A stretch of DNA of 64,000 nt from the NCBI GenBank assembly GCA_002709955.1, contig PAQY01000018.1, positions 13,508 through 77,507 of the forward strand, read 5' to 3'. Of the stretch, positions 61,613 to 64,000 are shown one piece after another. Every line of letters starts with the position of its first letter. Position 1 is the first letter of the stretch. The notes under the pieces are model-generated. The model saw only the letters and a list, made by a program, of their open reading frames with translations. It had not been told where the DNA came from and made no database searches. Source of the stretch: Rhodospirillaceae bacterium. GTDB taxonomy: Bacteria > Pseudomonadota > Alphaproteobacteria > UBA8366 > Aestuariispiraceae. The position numbers and the translations under genes are program-made.

Positions 61613-61689
61613 AAAAGTCGCTTGAGACGGTCCCCTTGCCGGTGTCATAGTCGCGCATCTTAAAATCTTCTAGCGAGAATGGGTGCAGT

Positions 61690-62994
61690 ATGGCTGAGCA
61701 ATTTGATGCGATTGTAATTGGGGCGGGCGTTATCGGGGCCGCTGTTGGATTGGAACTGACCCGCAAGGGATACAAGACCATCAATATCGATAAACTGCCT
61801 GCGGCAGGATATGGATCAACCTCTGGCTCTTGCGCCATTATTCGCACCTATTATTCCACCGTTGATGGCTCTGCCCTGGCCTATGAGGGGTATTATTACT
61901 GGAAGAACTGGCAGGCCTATCTGGGCCTGGATGATGGCGAAGATCTGGCCTATTTCCATGAGACCGGCACCATGGTGATGAAGGTCGAAGAAAACGGCTT
62001 CATGAAAAAAGCCATGAGCATCGCCGATCAAATTGGCGTTCCTTATGAGGAATGGACCAATGACGACATCCGCAAGAAAATGCCCCATTACGACCTGAAC
62101 TGCTTCCATCCGCCCAAGCGACCCGACCAGGATGGTTTCGGGGAACCGACAGGCGGCGACGTCGGTGGGGCGGTCTTCTTCCCCAAGGGCGGCTATATCA
62201 ACGATCCGCAATTGTCTGCGCAGAACATCCGCAAAGCCGCTGAAAAGCTGGGGGGTAGCTTTAGGTTCAATGCGGAACTCACTGAAATCAGGAAGAAATC
62301 AGACGGTTCGATTGCCGGGGTTACCTTAAAGGATGGCAGCCAGATTAATGCGCCAATCCTGGTCAACGTCGCTGGTCCCCATTCTGCCAAGGTCAATGCC
62401 CTGGCCGGTGCGCTGGATGATATGAATGTGAAAACCCGCGCCCTGAAACAGGAAGTCACCCATGTCCCAATGCCCGTCGAAGGCTGGTACGAGAATGGGT
62501 TCGTCACCTCAGACAGCGACATCGCCTGTTACACCCGCCCGGAAAAAGGCAATTTCCTGCTGATTGGGTCGGAAGATCCGCCCTGTGACACCCAGATTGA
62601 GGTTGACCCGGACAATTGGGACCGCAATTTCAGCGAACAATGGCGCATTCAGGCCTTGCGGGTCGCACAGCGCATCCCCTCGCTGGGCATTCCAAGCGTT
62701 ATGAAAGGGATTACAGAGCTCTATGACGTCTCTGATGACTGGATTCCAATCTATGACAAATCCCAGGTTCCTGGCTTCTATATGGCGATTGGATCATCGG
62801 GCAATCAGTACAAGAACGCGCCCGTTGCCGGGAAAATGATGGCGGAACTGATCCACAAGGATCAGAACGGTCAGGATCATGACAAGGACCCCGTGATTTT
62901 CCACATGGACTATACCAATCGCGATCTCAATCTGGGGTTCTTCTCCCGGCGTCGGGAAATCAACAAAGACAGCACCTTCTCTGTGCTGGGGTAA
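61690..62994 (+). CDS. FAD-dependent oxidoreductase (DAO / sarcosine oxidase beta-like)
   Basis: IGAGVIG FAD motif; YDVSDDWIPIYD and GSSGNQYK segments. Confidence 0.85.
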   Translation: MAEQFDAIVIGAGVIGAAVGLELTRKGYKTINIDKLPAAGYGSTSGSCAIIRTYYSTVDGSALAYEGYYYWKNWQAYLGLDDGEDLAYFHETGTMVMKVEENGFMKKAMSIADQIGVPYEEWTNDDIRKKMPHYDLNCFHPPKRPDQDGFGEPTGGDVGGAVFFPKGGYINDPQLSAQNIRKAAEKLGGSFRFNAELTEIRKKSDGSIAGVTLKDGSQINAPILVNVAGPHSAKVNALAGALDDMNVKTRALKQEVTHVPMPVEGWYENGFVTSDSDIACYTRPEKGNFLLIGSEDPPCDTQIEVDPDNWDRNFSEQWRIQALRVAQRIPSLGIPSVMKGITELYDVSDDWIPIYDKSQVPGFYMAIGSSGNQYKNAPVAGKMMAELIHKDQNGQDHDKDPVIFHMDYTNRDLNLGFFSRRREINKDSTFSVLG

Positions 62995-63002
62995 GGGTAA
63001 AA

Positions 63003-63602
63003 ATGGCGCGGATGGTAGAGCTGATCCTGCGGGAAATCCCCTTCAAGGGCTATTTCCAGGTCAGTCGCTATCATCTGCGCCACACTCAATTCAACGGTGG
63101 CATGGGCCCCCAGATCAGCCGCGAAGTCTTTGAGCGGGGTCACGCCGTCTGTGTTGTCCCCTATGATCCCAGACGCGATGAAATAGCCTTGATTGAGCAG
63201 TTCCGTCCGGGTGCCTATGCGGCAGGAGATCCTGATCCCTGGCTGATCGAAGTCGTGGCGGGCATTATTGATGAAAATGAGACCCTGGAAGATGTCGCGC
63301 AACGGGAATCAATGGAAGAAACCGGCCTGACAATCAGCGCATTGGACTATCTGGGCAAACATTACATGACGCCCGGCGGCAGTTCCGAATCCATTGCCAT
63401 GTATGCCGGTTGTGCGGATTTCACGCAGTTAGGCGGCCTTCACGGCATGGCAGATGAAGGCGAAGATATCCGGGTTTTCGCCGTCCCAGCCCATGAAGCA
63501 ATCGCCATGGTCCATGATAATCGTATCCGGAACGCCATGACGGCGTTGGCGCTTTTGCTGTTTGAATCGCGGCGTCAGGTCTTGCGTCAAGACTGGCAGT
63601 AA
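63003..63602 (+). CDS. nudF: ADP-ribose pyrophosphatase (Nudix)
   Basis: Nudix box GIIDENETLEDVAQRESMEETG; GEDIRV motif. Confidence 0.88.
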   Translation: MARMVELILREIPFKGYFQVSRYHLRHTQFNGGMGPQISREVFERGHAVCVVPYDPRRDEIALIEQFRPGAYAAGDPDPWLIEVVAGIIDENETLEDVAQRESMEETGLTISALDYLGKHYMTPGGSSESIAMYAGCADFTQLGGLHGMADEGEDIRVFAVPAHEAIAMVHDNRIRNAMTALALLLFESRRQVLRQDWQ

Positions 63603-63658
63603 CCTATTTACCATTCTTCTGAGAGGGTATTTAGGAATTCACACAAAGGAACCGGATA

Positions 63659-64000
63659 ATGACATTCCGCAACGATTTCACCGATGCTGTGGGCAATACA
63701 CCGCTGATCAAACTGAAGCGTGCGTCTGAAGAAACAGGCTGCACCATTCTGGGTAAGGCGGAATTTCTCAATCCCGGTGGATCGGTCAAAGATCGCGCCG
63801 CAAAATACATCATCCTGGATGCGGAAGAGCGGGGCGAACTGGAACCAGGCGGGCTGATTGTCGAAGGAACCGCGGGTAACACGGGCATCGGCCTGGCCAG
63901 TGTTGGCAATTCCCGTGGATATCGCACCCTGATCGTCATTCCGGAAACCCAATCCCAGGAAAAGAAAGACGCCCTGCGTCTGCTGGGCGCAGAACTGGTT
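63659..64000 (+). CDS. cysK: Cysteine synthase, 5' part (runs off window)
   Basis: Manual translation: [23 protein letters not shown] and [12 protein letters not shown] motifs. Confidence 0.92.
   Translation, partial: MTFRNDFTDAVGNTPLIKLKRASEETGCTILGKAEFLNPGGSVKDRAAKYIILDAEERGELEPGGLIVEGTAGNTGIGLASVGNSRGYRTLIVIPETQSQEKKDALRLLGAELV

Overview
Alphaproteobacterial chromosome segment (Rhodospirillales-like gene content; exact taxon not determinable from sequence). Bases 1-10186 hold a non-tailed, membrane-containing dsDNA prophage of the PM2/corticovirus type whose left end lies upstream of the window. It encodes an HTH repressor with palindromic operators, a DUF736-like protein, an HUH rolling-circle Rep, a Zn-ribbon regulator, an FtsK/HerA packaging ATPase, a double jelly-roll major capsid protein, small membrane proteins, a GNAT-like protein, a penton/spike, a SleB-type hydrolase, a 3TM holin and a 36-aa basic peptide. 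No integrase is visible in the window. The element ends at a 28-bp dif-like XerC/XerD site (10176-10203), and KOPS-like octamers converge on that site, so it looks like a DJR virus integrated at the chromosome terminus by host Xer recombinases. Further signals inside it are a 15-bp-period CCTNAGG array mirrored upstream of the capsid operon and a GNAT gene coupled to an MGxxxS membrane protein. The remaining ~54 kb is mostly housekeeping: trpGDC-moaC-moeA-lexA, comEC, gltX, gltA, the rpsB-tsf-pyrH-frr-uppS-cdsA-dxr-rseP-bamA-skp-lpxD-fabZ-lpxA-lpxI-lpxB cluster, transporters, an orphan Panacea-like gene, a form II cox cluster interrupted by TPR-ydbH-ynbE-ydbL, nudF and partial cysK. All family assignments are by motif recognition from memory; no database search was run.
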